Origin: Coleofasciculus chthonoplastes F2-STO-03
Lineage (GTDB): Bacteria; Cyanobacteriota; Cyanobacteriia; Cyanobacteriales; Coleofasciculaceae
Length of the DNA: 18,140 bases
Reading direction: 5' to 3'
NCBI GenBank assembly: GCA_040222015.1
Contig: JAVJWO010000167.1
Span: 1-18,140 of the forward strand
Shown: positions 17,409 to 18,140 of the stretch, in pieces
Position numbering within the stretch: the stretch's first letter is position 1
Layout: each line of letters begins with the position of its first letter
The notes under the pieces: generated by a model
Database searches by the model: none
What the model saw: only the letters and a program-made list of their open reading frames with translations
What the model was told of the DNA's origin: nothing
Program-made: the position numbers and the translations under genes

Positions 17409-18140
17409 ATGCCAATAAAACCAGATCAGTGGTACTGGCGTTGCTTATACTTCTGGCTATTTGTTTGCCCAGAAATGTTGGGCGCGATCGCGTCATTGTC
17501 AATTAGTTCTCCAGGATTAACGCAACCTATCACCCCAGCCGTAGATGGGACGGGAACGGTGATCACGGTGGAGAATAACCGCATCGATATTTCTGGTGGG
17601 AGTCTTTCTGGGGATGGCAAAAACCTTTTCCACAGTTTCCAGCAGTTTGGCTTAGATGCCAATCAAATCGCCAATTTTTTAGCCAATCCTAATTTAAATA
17701 ATATCCTCAGTCGCGTCACAGGTGGTGACGCCTCTGTGATTAACGGCTTAATTCAGGTAACAGGCGGCAATCCTAACTTATATTTAATGAATCCAGCTGG
17801 GATTATTTTTGGTCCAAATGCTCAATTAAACGTCCCCGGTGACTTTATCGCCACCACCGCCGACGCTATCGGTTTTGGCGATGGCAATTGGTTTAATGCT
17901 ATGGGTGGGAATGATTATCACAACTTAGTCGGAACACCCAACCAATTTGCCTTTGATGTATCCGAAGCGGGAAGTATTGTTAATGCAGGGGATTTAGCGG
18001 TATCAGAAGGGAAAAACTTAACCCTACTGGCTGGCAATGTTGTTAACACCGGGAAACTAACCGCACCAGGAGGAAGCATTACCGTTGCAGCCGTTCCCGG
18101 TTCCAATTTAGTCAAGATTTCTCGCCCTGGGGGATTATTG
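17409..18140 (+). CDS. Filamentous haemagglutinin N-terminal (TPS) domain exoprotein, partial; runs off the window end
   Basis: Manual translation from ATG 17409: signal-like N-terminus, then [46 protein letters not shown]. Absent from the ORF track because no stop lies in the window. Confidence 0.9.
   Translation, partial: MPIKPDQWYWRCLYFWLFVCPEMLGAIASLSISSPGLTQPITPAVDGTGTVITVENNRIDISGGSLSGDGKNLFHSFQQFGLDANQIANFLANPNLNNILSRVTGGDASVINGLIQVTGGNPNLYLMNPAGIIFGPNAQLNVPGDFIATTADAIGFGDGNWFNAMGGNDYHNLVGTPNQFAFDVSEAGSIVNAGDLAVSEGKNLTLLAGNVVNTGKLTAPGGSITVAAVPGSNLVKISRPGGLL

Noticed and set aside
17426..18115. Minus-strand ORFs 17426-17662 and 17918-18115
   Set aside because: Antisense to the plus-strand haemagglutinin-domain gene starting at 17409.

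Overview
Cyanobacterial chromosomal window (about 22 HIP1 GCGATCGC sites counted by eye; STRR2-like heptamers and GTAG-type REP palindromes point to a repeat-rich filamentous strain, which is an inference). Left to right: the 3' part of an IS200/IS605-type IscB gene, topA, an antitoxin-VapC pair, a Uma2 endonuclease and proA. Then an accessory block: a PARIS-like ABC ATPase plus TOPRIM pair, a cold-shock/DUF1294 gene, a 38-43-38 nt repeat-spacer-repeat, and a PadR gene with a palindromic operator and a coupled membrane protein. After that: an unannotated ~54-nt sRNA with its own promoter and terminator, an XRE-GrpE-like fusion, and a CyRepA1-family DUF3854/helicase protein carrying an in-frame ~120-aa insertion built from REP-like repeats. 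The window ends with glutaredoxin, a 208-bp MITE with an 8-bp target duplication, and the start of a filamentous-haemagglutinin-domain gene missing from the ORF track. All family calls come from motif recognition; no searches were run.
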